Source: Deltaproteobacteria bacterium (GTDB lineage Bacteria; Myxococcota_A; UBA9160; SMWR01). Taken from it: DNA of 49,587 bases. Shown piece by piece: positions 40,375 to 49,587 of this stretch. Position 1 is the stretch's first letter; every line of letters begins with the position of its first letter. The position numbers were made by a program, and so were the translations under genes. The stretch lies in assembly GCA_032128115.1 (NCBI GenBank), contig JAQBHB010000077.1, positions 1-49,587 of the forward strand, given 5' to 3'. Under the pieces are notes generated by a model that had not been told where the DNA came from, ran no database searches, and saw only the letters and a list, made by a program, of their open reading frames with translations.

Positions 40375-40750
40375 GGCCGAGCGGCGGCCGCGTCTCCTGA
40401 TCCTCGATGACGAGGCGCGGATCCTCTCGGCCCTGCGGCGTGCCCTGCGGCAGGAGGGCTATGACATCGTGACCTTCGAGACCGCCGAGGACGCCCTGCA
40501 CGAGCTTCGCGAGCGTCCCGTGGACGCCATCCTGACCGACCAGAAGATGCCAGGCATGAGCGGTCTCGAGTTCTTGAAGCGATCCGTTGCGTGCTGCCCG
40601 GACGCGGTGCGCATGTTGATCACCGGGTGGACCGAGGCGCTTCCCCAGGACCAGATCGATAGCCTGCGCGTGCGCGCCCTGATCACCAAGCCCTGGGACG
40701 ACGCCCGCCTCAAGACGACCCTCCGCAAGCTCCTGGTCGACAGCCCCTAG
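40358..40750 (+). CDS. Single-domain response regulator
   Basis: LILDDE, TDQKMP, ITG, KPWD. Confidence 0.93.
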   Translation: MTMAAEAERRPRLLILDDEARILSALRRALRQEGYDIVTFETAEDALHELRERPVDAILTDQKMPGMSGLEFLKRSVACCPDAVRMLITGWTEALPQDQIDSLRVRALITKPWDDARLKTTLRKLLVDSP

Positions 40751-40754
40751 CCCG

Positions 40755-42029
40755 CTATTCCGCCGGAAGACGGCTCAGGTATTCCAGGTCGGATTTCTGG
40801 GTGTTCTTGGCTCCGATGGCCAGGACGCGAACCCGGTGCTGACGCCCTTTCGTGTAATAGATGCGCCCCTTCCCGGCGAAGCCCATCTCGAAGATCGAGA
40901 GCTGAGGGGGCAGGCCTCCCACCTTGCGCCGGATCGCGGCGCTGTCCGGATCCTCCACCAGGCGCTTGATGCCCTCCTCGGCCTTGAGCCGCATGGACTC
41001 GTCGCCCAAGGCCACCAGGTCCTGGATGGCCCGGTCATCGATCTCGAGATTCTTGTAGAGGGTGCGGATGCGGCGCGAAAGCTGCTCGGCGGCGCGACCG
41101 CGCCCTCCGCTGGGCGATGCCTTGGCGGCCCGCTTCAGGCGACCCTGGAGCGATTGGATCTCCTCTTCCTTGTGGCCCAGGTCGTCCACCGCCTCGTCCA
41201 GCAGCTCTTCCAGGGCCCGGCGCTCGTCTTCCAGCTCGGTGGCACGTGATGCGGACGCCCTCAGCGTGGCTTCCCGTTGGGTCAGATGGCCGAGCTTCTC
41301 GTGCAGTGCTGACCGCTCCTTCTCCAGTTGTCGGATTTCCTCTGCGTGGCTTCTCTCGCCGGGCTCCACCTGGGAGAGGTGCTGTCGCACCTGGTCGAGC
41401 TCCGCCTGGATCGATCGGGCCCTGTCTGCACTGGCGTCGCGGGCGCCGGTGGCACCCTCCAGCAGCTCCTGCTGGCGGCGGCCCACGGACCTGTCGTAGA
41501 GGAAGAGGCCGGGCAGCAGTATCGACGCGTAGAGCACCAGGATCGCGATGGCCGCCACCGAGTCGTGGGGCACTGAAACCACCACGTCGGCGCTTGCCGG
41601 CAAGAGCCGGTTGGCCTCGGCCACCCACGATTCCTGGTTGACGTTGCGCAGGGGCGGGATTCTCCGGCCTCCCACGTAGAGGGGCGTTCGCCCGTCGGCC
41701 CCAAGCACGAAGGCATCGACGCGGACGCGGCCGATGCGGATCCAGGGAGAGCCCTGCACCGCGGCGCTCACGCGCTGCTGGATCTGGTCCTCCACCGGGC
41801 CGTCGAGTGGGCTCACGTGGATGGCTTCGGCCACGGCGCTGCGGAAGTGGGTCGAGAGCAGCGCCTCCAGGCCTTCGACACTCATCACGTACGACAGCAG
41901 GAATACGACGATCGCCACATAGGTGATGCGGAAGGACGACAGCCGGTCGAGGGTCGAGGCGCCCGCCATCCAGCGGGGAAGCAGCCTGCGCGCCGCTGTG
42001 GCCGACTCGGTCATCGCCTCAGGAAGCAT
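40755..42029 (-). CDS. Membrane protein: 2 TM, coiled coil, C-terminal RelE/ParE-like domain
   Basis: Two hydrophobic helices, long E/L/R heptad region, C-terminal LEIDDRAIQDL...RIYY...VLAIGAKNTQKSDL; start may be 42014. Confidence 0.7.
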   Translation of the reverse strand: MLPEAMTESATAARRLLPRWMAGASTLDRLSSFRITYVAIVVFLLSYVMSVEGLEALLSTHFRSAVAEAIHVSPLDGPVEDQIQQRVSAAVQGSPWIRIGRVRVDAFVLGADGRTPLYVGGRRIPPLRNVNQESWVAEANRLLPASADVVVSVPHDSVAAIAILVLYASILLPGLFLYDRSVGRRQQELLEGATGARDASADRARSIQAELDQVRQHLSQVEPGERSHAEEIRQLEKERSALHEKLGHLTQREATLRASASRATELEDERRALEELLDEAVDDLGHKEEEIQSLQGRLKRAAKASPSGGRGRAAEQLSRRIRTLYKNLEIDDRAIQDLVALGDESMRLKAEEGIKRLVEDPDSAAIRRKVGGLPPQLSIFEMGFAGKGRIYYTKGRQHRVRVLAIGAKNTQKSDLEYLSRLPAE

Positions 42030-42070
42030 AACGTCCCGGCAGCAGCGGTTCCCGCCGGGCGGCTGCTAAG

Positions 42071-42877
42071 GTGGCGCCCGCCATGCGTGTGGTGGACCTC
42101 GACCGCGATATGCGCGACGTGATCCCGACCGGGACGACCCGCGACAGCGAGTACCTGTTCGCCAGGATGACGGAACGCACCCTGGCGTTGGCCGAGCCCG
42201 CGCCCGGCCAACGGATCCTGGACGTGGCCAGCGGCTTCGGCCAGGACGCCACGGCCCTGGCCGGGAGGGGGGCCTGGGTGGTGGGGGCGGAGCCGTCGGC
42301 ACGCATGACGGCGCTGGCCCGGATGGCGGGCGAAAAGGCGGCGGGGCCGCTTCCCCGCTGGGTCCGGGGCTGGGCCGATGGCCTGCCGTTCGCCTCGGGA
42401 AGCTTCGATGCGGTGATCTGCAAGGGGGCCATCGACCACTTTGATCGGCCGAACCGGGCCCTGGCCGAAATGGCCCGGGTCACCCGCCCCGGCGGTCGCG
42501 TGGTGGTGGCCATCGCCAACTTCGACTCGCTCTCCTGCCGCGCCGCCCGGATCGGGGACTTCCTGCGCGAGGACTGGCGCGGCCGGGTGCTGCAGCGCGG
42601 GCGTCGCCACTACGACGTGCCGGGCGATCACTTCACACGCTACGAGCTGGGCCTGATGCGCGAGCAGGTGTCGAAGGTGGTAGAGCTCGAACTGGTGGAG
42701 GGGATCTCCATGGCGTGGGGCCTGCCGGGTTGGACGCGTTGGCTGGGCCGGCTGCCCGAGACGGCGGCTCAGGGCTCGCTGGTGGCGCTGGACTGGCTGG
42801 CGCGCCGGGCGCCTTCGCTCGCCGATGTGGTGGTGCTTGCGGGCCGACCGCGCACGCCGGCTATCACTTCGGTGTAG
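42071..42877 (+). CDS. Class I SAM-dependent methyltransferase
   Basis: ILDVASGFG, LPFASGSFDAV, EMARVTRPGG. Confidence 0.88.
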   Translation: MAPAMRVVDLDRDMRDVIPTGTTRDSEYLFARMTERTLALAEPAPGQRILDVASGFGQDATALAGRGAWVVGAEPSARMTALARMAGEKAAGPLPRWVRGWADGLPFASGSFDAVICKGAIDHFDRPNRALAEMARVTRPGGRVVVAIANFDSLSCRAARIGDFLREDWRGRVLQRGRRHYDVPGDHFTRYELGLMREQVSKVVELELVEGISMAWGLPGWTRWLGRLPETAAQGSLVALDWLARRAPSLADVVVLAGRPRTPAITSV

Positions 42878-44115
42878 GCGGCGGCGGTGGCTTCGGCCAC
42901 GCGCGGCCACGCGTAGGCCTTCACGATCCGCTCGCGCCCCCGGGCCGACATCTCCGCGCGGGCGGCGGGCTGTTCAAGCAGACTCGCAATGGCTTTGGCC
43001 AGTGCGTCGGGCCGGTCGGGTTCCACCAGCAGCCCCGCCTGGCCCACGCCAAGCACCTCGGGCAGGGCACCGGCCGACGTGGCCACCACCGGTGTGCCGC
43101 AGGCCATGGCTTCCGCCGCCGGCAGGCCGAAGCCCTCGTAGCGCGACGGGACCACCACCAGGGTGGCTCGCCGGTACAGGTGGAGCAGCTTCTCGGTGGG
43201 GACCCGACCGGGGATTTCCACGCGATCGGCGCAGCCGAACTCCCGCGCCCACTGGCGAGCCGGGTTGTCCGGGTGATCCGAGTCCACCAGGATCAGGCGC
43301 ACCTCGTCGGGAAGCCGCGCCAGCGCCTGGATCAAGCTGCGGATGCCCTTGTTGGGATCCGACGCGCGGCCCACGCACAGGATCTCGTTCTCACGGCGCA
43401 CCACCCCGGGATCCGGGTGATAGACGTCGGTGGCCACGCCGTTGGCCAGCATGGCGATCCGCTCGCGATCCACGCCGAAGTCCCTGGCGATGAGTTCCGC
43501 ACTGGCAGCCGACGAGGTCAGCACCCGGTCGAGGCGCCGGGCCACGAACGACTGCATGCCGATGGGGTAGAAGGTCATCGTGCCCAGGGCCTGGCGAAAG
43601 CTCTTGTCGCGCGCGAACGACGCACGCCGATCGACACTCAGCGGGTGGTGGATGGTGGTGACCACCGGAATCCCCAGATGACGGATTCCCAGGGTCCCGT
43701 AGCCGAGGCACTGTACGTCGTGCACCACGTCGTAACGCGCCCCGACGCGCATGTTCGCGACCACGGCGCGAAACGCCCGCAGGCTGAACGCGAACGGTTC
43801 GGGCAGGAACCCGAGCCAGCTGGCCGCGAGTTCGTAGAAATTGAGCGGCTCGAAGATCCGCAGGGGATTCGGGTTCGGCAGCATTCGGGAGAGGGGTCGC
43901 TCGAACCAGCGCGCCCAGAACTGCTCGTTGGGAAGCTCGAATACCTGCCGCGCGAACGGCATGGGATCCGGATAGGGCGGGCCCACGAAGACATCCACGG
44001 TGTGGCCCTGGCGTGCCAGCTCCCGGGCCAGGTGCCAGAGGTATACCCCCTGGCCGCCGCAGCGCATGTTGCCCCGATACGAGATGAAGGCAACGCGCAG
44101 GGAACGCCCGCTCAC
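42769..44115 (-). CDS. Glycosyltransferase family 4 (GT-B)
   Basis: YRGNMRCGGQGVY, NKG, PSRYEGFGLPAAEAMACG. Confidence 0.92.
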   Translation of the reverse strand: MSGRSLRVAFISYRGNMRCGGQGVYLWHLARELARQGHTVDVFVGPPYPDPMPFARQVFELPNEQFWARWFERPLSRMLPNPNPLRIFEPLNFYELAASWLGFLPEPFAFSLRAFRAVVANMRVGARYDVVHDVQCLGYGTLGIRHLGIPVVTTIHHPLSVDRRASFARDKSFRQALGTMTFYPIGMQSFVARRLDRVLTSSAASAELIARDFGVDRERIAMLANGVATDVYHPDPGVVRRENEILCVGRASDPNKGIRSLIQALARLPDEVRLILVDSDHPDNPARQWAREFGCADRVEIPGRVPTEKLLHLYRRATLVVVPSRYEGFGLPAAEAMACGTPVVATSAGALPEVLGVGQAGLLVEPDRPDALAKAIASLLEQPAARAEMSARGRERIVKAYAWPRVAEATAAAYTEVIAGVRGRPASTTTSASEGARRASQSSATSEP

Positions 44116-44840
44116 CGGATGGGCTCCGCGCCACCGCCGCCGCGGCGCTTCTCCGCGTACAGGATCAGGCTCTTGGGAAAGCAGTAGTTGAGGGCTCCCT
44201 CCAGCGTGGCCATGGCGCGCGAGGTGGTGGCGCGGATCAGGAAGTTTCGGTAGCCGCGCACGAGTGCACTCTCATCGGCGCGGGGCAGGCCCATGATGGA
44301 ACGCAGCACCCAGTAGGGGGTGTGGAGCGCGTGGGCGAAACCTACGCCCACGGTGGCGAGACCCGCCTCGGCCAGGCCTTGCGCCAGCTCGCGGGGGCGA
44401 AAGATCCGGATGTGGCCGCCCGGCGACTCGAAGTAGTCATCGCCGGCGCGCAGGTAGAGGTGCTCGCTGGTGGCGGTGGGGATGGTGACGGCGACGCGAC
44501 CGTTGGGCTTCGTGACCCGTGAAAGCTCCCGGGCCGCAGCCCGGTAGTCGTGGACGTGCTCCATCACTTCCGCACAGATCACCTTGTCGAAGGTCTCGTC
44601 GCCGAACGGAAGGTGGAAGGCGTCGCCGCGGGTCACCGCGCCCAGCGAGCCCAGAACCTCGGCCCGATCTCGCAGCGCGCCCCCCGCCAGGCGCAGGCTG
44701 GGCATGTCGAGGTCCAGGCCCACCACCCTCGCGCCGCGATGAAGCGCGCCGAAGCAGTGGCGCCCCTCCCCACAACCTGCATCCAGGAGGAGCTCGCCCC
44801 GGCGCAGGTCAAGCCGCTCGAGATCGACTGTGAGCAGCAC
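44112..44840 (-). CDS. Class I SAM-dependent methyltransferase
   Basis: LLTVDL..LDAGCGEGRH, LPFGDETFDKVICAEVMEH, GGHIRIF; GTG 44840 after GGAG. Confidence 0.9.
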   Translation of the reverse strand: MLLTVDLERLDLRRGELLLDAGCGEGRHCFGALHRGARVVGLDLDMPSLRLAGGALRDRAEVLGSLGAVTRGDAFHLPFGDETFDKVICAEVMEHVHDYRAAARELSRVTKPNGRVAVTIPTATSEHLYLRAGDDYFESPGGHIRIFRPRELAQGLAEAGLATVGVGFAHALHTPYWVLRSIMGLPRADESALVRGYRNFLIRATTSRAMATLEGALNYCFPKSLILYAEKRRGGGGAEPIR

Positions 44841-46068
44841 GCAGCGTCTCCTCGAAGACCTGCACCAGGCCGGCCGCGGCGTCGCGCCACTGGAAGACCC
44901 GCTCGACGCGGGCGCGTGCAGCCCGGCCCATGGCCTCGGCTCGGCCCGGCTCGCCCAGCACCCGCTCGATGGCAGCGGCCAGGGCACGGGGGTTGCGGGG
45001 CGGCACAAGCAATCCGGCACTGCCATCGGTTCCCACCACCTCGGGCAGGGCGCCGGCGGCGTTCGCGACCACCGGCAGCCCGCAGGCCATGGCCTCGCTG
45101 GCCGGGAATCCGAAACCCTCGAAGAACGACGGCACTACCGCGAGACGCGCCGTGGAGTACTGGGCCACCAGCTCGGGAATCGTCAGCATTCGCCGGTGCA
45201 GGATCACCCGGTCCTGGAGCCGGAAGCGCCGGATCAGGCGCATGGCCAGGCCGTCGTCGGGGATGCGCCCGTCCACGATCTTGAGCTTCCGATGGGCCGG
45301 TAGGTGGGTCAGGGCTTCCAGCAGCGTTCCCAGCCCCTTCTTGCGGTCCTCGGTGCGACCCACGAACAGCATGTCGGCTTCCACGGGCTGATCGGGAACC
45401 GGTTTGAAGACCTCTGTGTCGGTTCCGTTGTAGACCACCGGCACGTTCTTCTCCGGAATCCCGAAGTAGCGCTCGATCTCTCGCCGCGAGGCCTCGCTCA
45501 CCGTGACGATCCGATCCAGGCGCGGCGCCACGATCTGTTGCATGAAGAGCGGGAAGTAGAGCGTGCGCTTGATCTTCTTGAGCAGGCTGGGATCAATGGC
45601 AAAGTCGGCTTCGCGATCGATGTGCAGCGGGTGGTGGATCACCGAAACCACGGGGACTCCCGTGGCGCGGATCCCCAACAGTCCCCACGACAGACACTGG
45701 TTGTCGAATACGATGTCGAAACGGTGACGCGCCTGCAGGCGGCGCCAGCGCGTGAGCAGCCGCAGGCCGAAGGTCTGCATCTCCGGGAAGACGCCGAAGC
45801 GCGACACGCCGAACTCCCACAGGTTCAGTGGCTGCAACAGCGCCAGCGGATTGGGGCGCCGGATCCAGTCCGGGTGTTCGAGGCCGAAGACATTCTCGTT
45901 GGGAATCACGTGCAGCGGGATGTCGGGTTCCACCTCGGGAAGGGGAGGGCCGGCGATCACGTGCACGTCGTGTCCTGCGCGCTTCCACTCGCGCGCCAGG
46001 TTGGCGGCGTAGATGCCCTGACCGCCGCAATACATGTTTCCGCGATAGGTGAGAAGAGCGATACGCAC
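44809..46068 (-). CDS. Glycosyltransferase family 4 (paralogue of 42769-44115)
   Basis: YRGNMYCGGQGIY, KKG, PSFFEGFGFPASEAMACG. Confidence 0.92.
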   Translation of the reverse strand: MRIALLTYRGNMYCGGQGIYAANLAREWKRAGHDVHVIAGPPLPEVEPDIPLHVIPNENVFGLEHPDWIRRPNPLALLQPLNLWEFGVSRFGVFPEMQTFGLRLLTRWRRLQARHRFDIVFDNQCLSWGLLGIRATGVPVVSVIHHPLHIDREADFAIDPSLLKKIKRTLYFPLFMQQIVAPRLDRIVTVSEASRREIERYFGIPEKNVPVVYNGTDTEVFKPVPDQPVEADMLFVGRTEDRKKGLGTLLEALTHLPAHRKLKIVDGRIPDDGLAMRLIRRFRLQDRVILHRRMLTIPELVAQYSTARLAVVPSFFEGFGFPASEAMACGLPVVANAAGALPEVVGTDGSAGLLVPPRNPRALAAAIERVLGEPGRAEAMGRAARARVERVFQWRDAAAGLVQVFEETLRAAHSRSRAA

Positions 46069-46077
46069 GGGGCGCGG

Positions 46078-46317
46078 CTACGCGGGGCGGTCGGCGTCTG
46101 CGTCCGACGCGGTCGTGTCGATTTCCGGCTCGACCTGCACCGTGGCGATCGTGTACCCGATCCAGAAGCTGAGCCCGAGGGCGAACAACACCACGATCGC
46201 CACGGGAATGGCGATGGCCCAGTAGCTCTTCTGCAGCACACCCACCAGGAACCACAGCCCCAGCACCCCCACCGCGATGCAGATGGCGGCGCCCTGGGTC
46301 CGGGAGGAATCGTTCAT
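46078..46317 (-). CDS. Small 2-TM membrane protein
   Basis: 79 aa, two hydrophobic helices, GGAG RBS, 9 nt upstream of the GT. Confidence 0.7.
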   Translation of the reverse strand: MNDSSRTQGAAICIAVGVLGLWFLVGVLQKSYWAIAIPVAIVVLFALGLSFWIGYTIATVQVEPEIDTTASDADADRPA

Positions 46318-46419
46318 GAGGGGGATCTCCAATTCCGGTTCCAGGCCGGGTTCCAGGCGACTGGGGATTCCGTGCGGGCGGGGCGGGGTTCTCCCCCCAT
46401 CCCCACGGCGGACCCGCGG

Positions 46420-46448
46420 AGTATTCGGCCGGTCGACTCGGCTGTCAA
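46420..46448 (-). promoter_or_regulatory. Putative sigma70 promoter of the membrane protein-GT-MTase-GT operon
   Basis: TTGACA-N17-AATACT. Confidence 0.6.
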
Positions 46449-46575
46449 CGCACGGCCGGAATTGGAGCCAGGCCGGCGATTTGCGCCGCCCGGACCCCTC
46501 TGGGGAGCGTCGCGCCCCCCGAGTCGCCCCCGAGCGGCCGGTCGACGTTCTTGTGAGGCCTGGCGCCCGCGAACT

Positions 46576-46842
46576 TCAGTTGAATGACTTCCGTGTTGGG
46601 AAAACCAGGATGATCACACCCACGCCGAACGAAATGAGTGAGAGCGGGAGTTCCAAGAGGGCGTCGACGATCTTTGCGACGGCTACCCACTCGGCTCGCC
46701 AGCTCGCTTCTGCCATCGTACCGACGAGCGCGGACAGCGGAAGCGGCGTCCACTCGCCCTCGTTCAGCCAGTCGAAGAACCCCAGGCTCAGGAGCACTCC
46801 AGGAATCGCGATCGTCAGTGCCAATCCGACCATGATCTTCAT
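46576..46842 (-). CDS. Small membrane protein
   Basis: 88 aa with N- and C-terminal hydrophobic helices. Confidence 0.6.
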   Translation of the reverse strand: MKIMVGLALTIAIPGVLLSLGFFDWLNEGEWTPLPLSALVGTMAEASWRAEWVAVAKIVDALLELPLSLISFGVGVIILVFPTRKSFN

Positions 46843-46894
46843 GGGGAATCTCGGTCTAGAGGGGCTTCGTGTGAGGGAGCTGCTACGGGACCAC

Positions 46895-47761
46895 TCAAGC
46901 CGAGGCTAGGATGCGCTCCATGCGCTCCCGCCATGCTTCGGTGTATCCGCCGAACCGGCGCGCCAGGGCGCGAGTGGGTTCCAGGAGCTGCTCGGCCAGG
47001 TAGCGCTCGATGGAGCGCGGAATCGCGACCTGGTAGTCGCGGGTGTGATTGACCGGTTGTGCGAAGAGTTCGCGCTCGGCTCCGCGAAAGGGTTCCACTT
47101 CCAGAAACCTGCACACCCGGTTGAGAAAGCCAAGAGCATCCCTCTCGATGTCTTCGAAGAAGCCAAAGAAGAAGTGATCCCTCGGGCACACATCTTCCCA
47201 TCGTCGAATGTGCTCGATGTAGGTCGACATCCGGATGGAAGAGCGGTCGAGCTTGCTGCGAATCTCCTCGTCCGAGACCGACGCCATGCTCCTCTTCTTG
47301 TTCTTGCCGAGGCTCTTGGTGGCGGAGGACCAGGCGCGATCGATGGGATCGCGCAGCATGTAGAGCAGCTTGACGTCGGGGATGAGCCCGGAGACGACCC
47401 TGAGCGTATCCGGGTCCAACTTGGCATAGCTGGGTTCGATCGCGCCGCTGATGAGGCCCGGCGGGACGTCGAATAGCGACATATACCATGCGTCGTCGCG
47501 ACGCCCGAGGAAGTAGCGCAGCTGCCACGCGAGCTCTTCGGCCGCACCGAGTTTGCCGCGCGCCGCGTTGCGAAGATTCGGAATCATCTCGCCGACGTGC
47601 CGCATGTGCTTGCGGGAGAAGAAGCCCTTCACGCGTTGGGCGTTGAAGTAGTGGAGCTCCTTCTGCGGTGGCATCCAGATCGCGGGATGCTCCCGCAGGT
47701 GCTTGTGCAGATAGCTGGTGCCTGATCGGGTCGAGCCGAAGCAGAGAAAGTCCGGCTGCAT
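46895..47761 (-). CDS. PAPS-dependent sulfotransferase
   Basis: PDFLCFGSTRSGTSYL (5'PSB loop), KELHYF, LRDPIDRAWS (3'PB). Confidence 0.88.
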   Translation of the reverse strand: MQPDFLCFGSTRSGTSYLHKHLREHPAIWMPPQKELHYFNAQRVKGFFSRKHMRHVGEMIPNLRNAARGKLGAAEELAWQLRYFLGRRDDAWYMSLFDVPPGLISGAIEPSYAKLDPDTLRVVSGLIPDVKLLYMLRDPIDRAWSSATKSLGKNKKRSMASVSDEEIRSKLDRSSIRMSTYIEHIRRWEDVCPRDHFFFGFFEDIERDALGFLNRVCRFLEVEPFRGAERELFAQPVNHTRDYQVAIPRSIERYLAEQLLEPTRALARRFGGYTEAWRERMERILASA

Positions 47762-47771
47762 GAATACAAAG

Positions 47772-47799
47772 AAGTCGGAAGTCCATCCAGCCGACTTGA
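47772..47799 (-). promoter_or_regulatory. Putative sigma28-type promoter of the sulfotransferase
   Basis: TCAA(G)-N16-TCCGACTT ending 11 nt before the ATG. Confidence 0.45.
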
Positions 47800-47896
47800 G
47801 GCCGGACCTGCCCAGTGGGGCGCCGCATGAGGGGCAGAAGCGGACACAAATCTCTGTCTGGGGTAGGAAAACCTGCGGCCGGGCTAAGGTTTCCGC

Positions 47897-49051
47897 ATGC
47901 GCGTGCTTGGCCTGATGTCCGGAACCTCTGCCGATGCGGTGGATGCGGCGCTGGTGGAGTGGCCCGAAGACCAGGCGGCGCGACCCTTCCGGCTGTTGGC
48001 GACCCGCGAGGATTCGACCCCCCCGGAGCTGCAGGCGCGGATCCACCGCCTGGCGGCCGGGCGCGTGGCGGGCGACCAGGCGCTGGCCGAGCTGGCCGAC
48101 CTGGATGTAGATCTGGGCGAGCGCTTCGCGGCTTCGGCGCTGGCCCTGATCGAGGGGGCCGGTCTGACGCCGGCCGAGATCGACGCCATCGCCTCTCACG
48201 GGCAGACCGTCGCGCACCATCCGGAGCGGCGGGCCAGCCTGCAGATCGGCGACCCCTCCGTGATCGCGGAGCGCACGGGTATCACTACCGTCGCCGACTT
48301 CCGTGCGCGCGATCTGGCAGCGGGAGGCGAGGGGGCCCCACTTGCGCCTTTCTTCCACTTCGCTGTCTTCGCGAATCCCGACGAGCACCGGGCGATCCTG
48401 AACCTGGGCGGCATCGCGAACCTGACCTGGATTCCGCGCGGTGCCGGACCCGACGATGTGGTGGCCTTCGACGTGGGCCCCGCGAATGCGCTGGTGGACG
48501 CGGTAGTCCAGGAAATCACCGGGGGAGCCGAGCGTATGGATCGCGACGGCGAGCGCGCAGTGCGCGGGCGCGTCGATCCGGAACTGCTTGAGCACCTGCT
48601 CGACGACGAGTTCCTGCGGCGGGAGCCGCCGAAATCGACCGGGCGCGAACTCTACGGCACGGCCGAAGCCGAAGCGCTGGTGCAGCGATGGCGCGAGTCC
48701 GGTGGCGCGGCCGACGATCTGGTGGCCACCCTGGTGGCGTTCAGCGCCGAAGCCGTGGCGCGCGCTTGTCGCGACCTGCTGCGGGCACCGCAAGTGGATC
48801 GCCTGCTGGTGGGCGGGGGCGGGGTCCGGAATCCCGCGGTCATGAAGGCGCTCGAGGCCGCACTCCCGGGCGTGCCCATCGCGCCCTTCGACAGCGCGGG
48901 CGTGCCGGCCGATGCCGCCGAAGCCATGGCCTTCTCCCTGATGGGGCGCAACGCCTTGCTGGGAATTCCCAACCACTTGCCCCGCTGCACCGGCGCCTCC
49001 CGCGCGACGGTGCTTGGCGAGGTGGTGCGCGGAGCTTTGTCCAGGGGCTAG
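47897..49051 (+). CDS. anmK: Anhydro-N-acetylmuramic acid kinase
   Basis: GLMSGTSADAVD, SHGQT, DFR..DLAAGGEGAPL, NLGGIAN, PKSTGRE. Confidence 0.97.
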   Translation: MRVLGLMSGTSADAVDAALVEWPEDQAARPFRLLATREDSTPPELQARIHRLAAGRVAGDQALAELADLDVDLGERFAASALALIEGAGLTPAEIDAIASHGQTVAHHPERRASLQIGDPSVIAERTGITTVADFRARDLAAGGEGAPLAPFFHFAVFANPDEHRAILNLGGIANLTWIPRGAGPDDVVAFDVGPANALVDAVVQEITGGAERMDRDGERAVRGRVDPELLEHLLDDEFLRREPPKSTGRELYGTAEAEALVQRWRESGGAADDLVATLVAFSAEAVARACRDLLRAPQVDRLLVGGGGVRNPAVMKALEAALPGVPIAPFDSAGVPADAAEAMAFSLMGRNALLGIPNHLPRCTGASRATVLGEVVRGALSRG

Positions 49052-49587
49052 AGGCGGACGCTGAGTCCATCGTCCGCGGTCTCCAGGTCGCAGGTGCCGC
49101 GGCGCGACGACATCTCCTCACCCAGATGGGTCAGGATGATCCGGCCGCAGTCAAAGTCTTCGTAGCGCTCGGTTAGCTCGCTATAGCTCAGGTGATACTC
49201 GAAGTCCTGGTTGTGCGTGTGGTAGGTGCACTCGCAGATGAACAGGTCCGAGCCGGCCACCCGCTGCGGCAGTTCGTCGAACCAGCCGGTGTCGCCGGAG
49301 TAGGCGACGGTCAGCCCGCCCGCCTCCACCCGCAGCCCATGCGGTTTCGTATCCGGAACGTGGTAGGCCTCGAAGGCGCTGACCTGCACCGGCCCCACCG
49401 CCGCGTTGCGTCCCACCGCGAACTCCTCGAAGTGCAGGGGAAAGCGCCACGCTCGGGCCTCGATGGGGTGGCCCATGGCCGCGGCCAGGTTCCGCACCCG
49501 CGATTCGACGCCGGGGGGCCCGGCGATCCACAGCGGCTTCGTGCGCTCATCCTCGTAGAGGGCGGCCAGCAGCAGCAGCGGGACACC
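49048..49587 (-). CDS. MBL-fold metallohydrolase, RNase Z-like (3' part; runs off the window)
   Basis: IAGPPG, YSGDTG, FICEC, HL, ILTHL; frame open to the window end. Confidence 0.85.
   Translation of the reverse strand, partial: GVPLLLLAALYEDERTKPLWIAGPPGVESRVRNLAAAMGHPIEARAWRFPLHFEEFAVGRNAAVGPVQVSAFEAYHVPDTKPHGLRVEAGGLTVAYSGDTGWFDELPQRVAGSDLFICECTYHTHNQDFEYHLSYSELTERYEDFDCGRIILTHLGEEMSSRRGTCDLETADDGLSVRL

Noticed and set aside
46849..46876. Seventh sigma28-type site upstream of the 88-aa membrane gene
   Set aside because: TCAC-N15-ACCGAGAT deviates in both the -35 and the spacing.

Overview
High-GC bacterial chromosomal window, most likely Myxococcota/deltaproteobacterial (inferred from the RomR and MglA homologues). 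No CRISPR array, IS or prophage is visible. Left to right: a partial giant LEPRxLL/DUF4347/delta-60-repeat surface protein; tRNA-Leu(GAG); the gap-pgk-tpiA-secG operon; acpS, a penicillin-acylase-like gene, a catalytically degenerate DinB, a PilZ protein and a GpgS-type glycosyltransferase; lon; an atypical tRNA-Leu(CAG) with A37; rnr; a CymR-like Rrf2, JAB peptidase, TolB-like lipoprotein, sat and ald; a minus-strand run romR-nadC-birA-coaX-fusA2-hypothetical-mglA-like-GAF/degenerate GGDEF; PP2C; an orphan fliA under a sigma54 promoter next to a FleQ-like bEBP; a second bEBP with a kinase and response regulator; a membrane/coiled-coil protein with a RelE-like tail; a GT4-MTase-GT4 cluster; a sulfotransferase; anmK; and a partial MBL hydrolase. 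Main discoveries: (1) six correctly oriented, gene-upstream TCAA-N16-NCCGA sigma28-type promoters that outline a non-flagellar FliA regulon; (2) a putative polarity hub made of RomR, a hydrolysis-dead MglA paralogue and a c-di-GMP-receptor-type GGDEF protein; (3) a membrane-anchored RelE-like domain. All calls come from reading motifs by eye; no searches were run.
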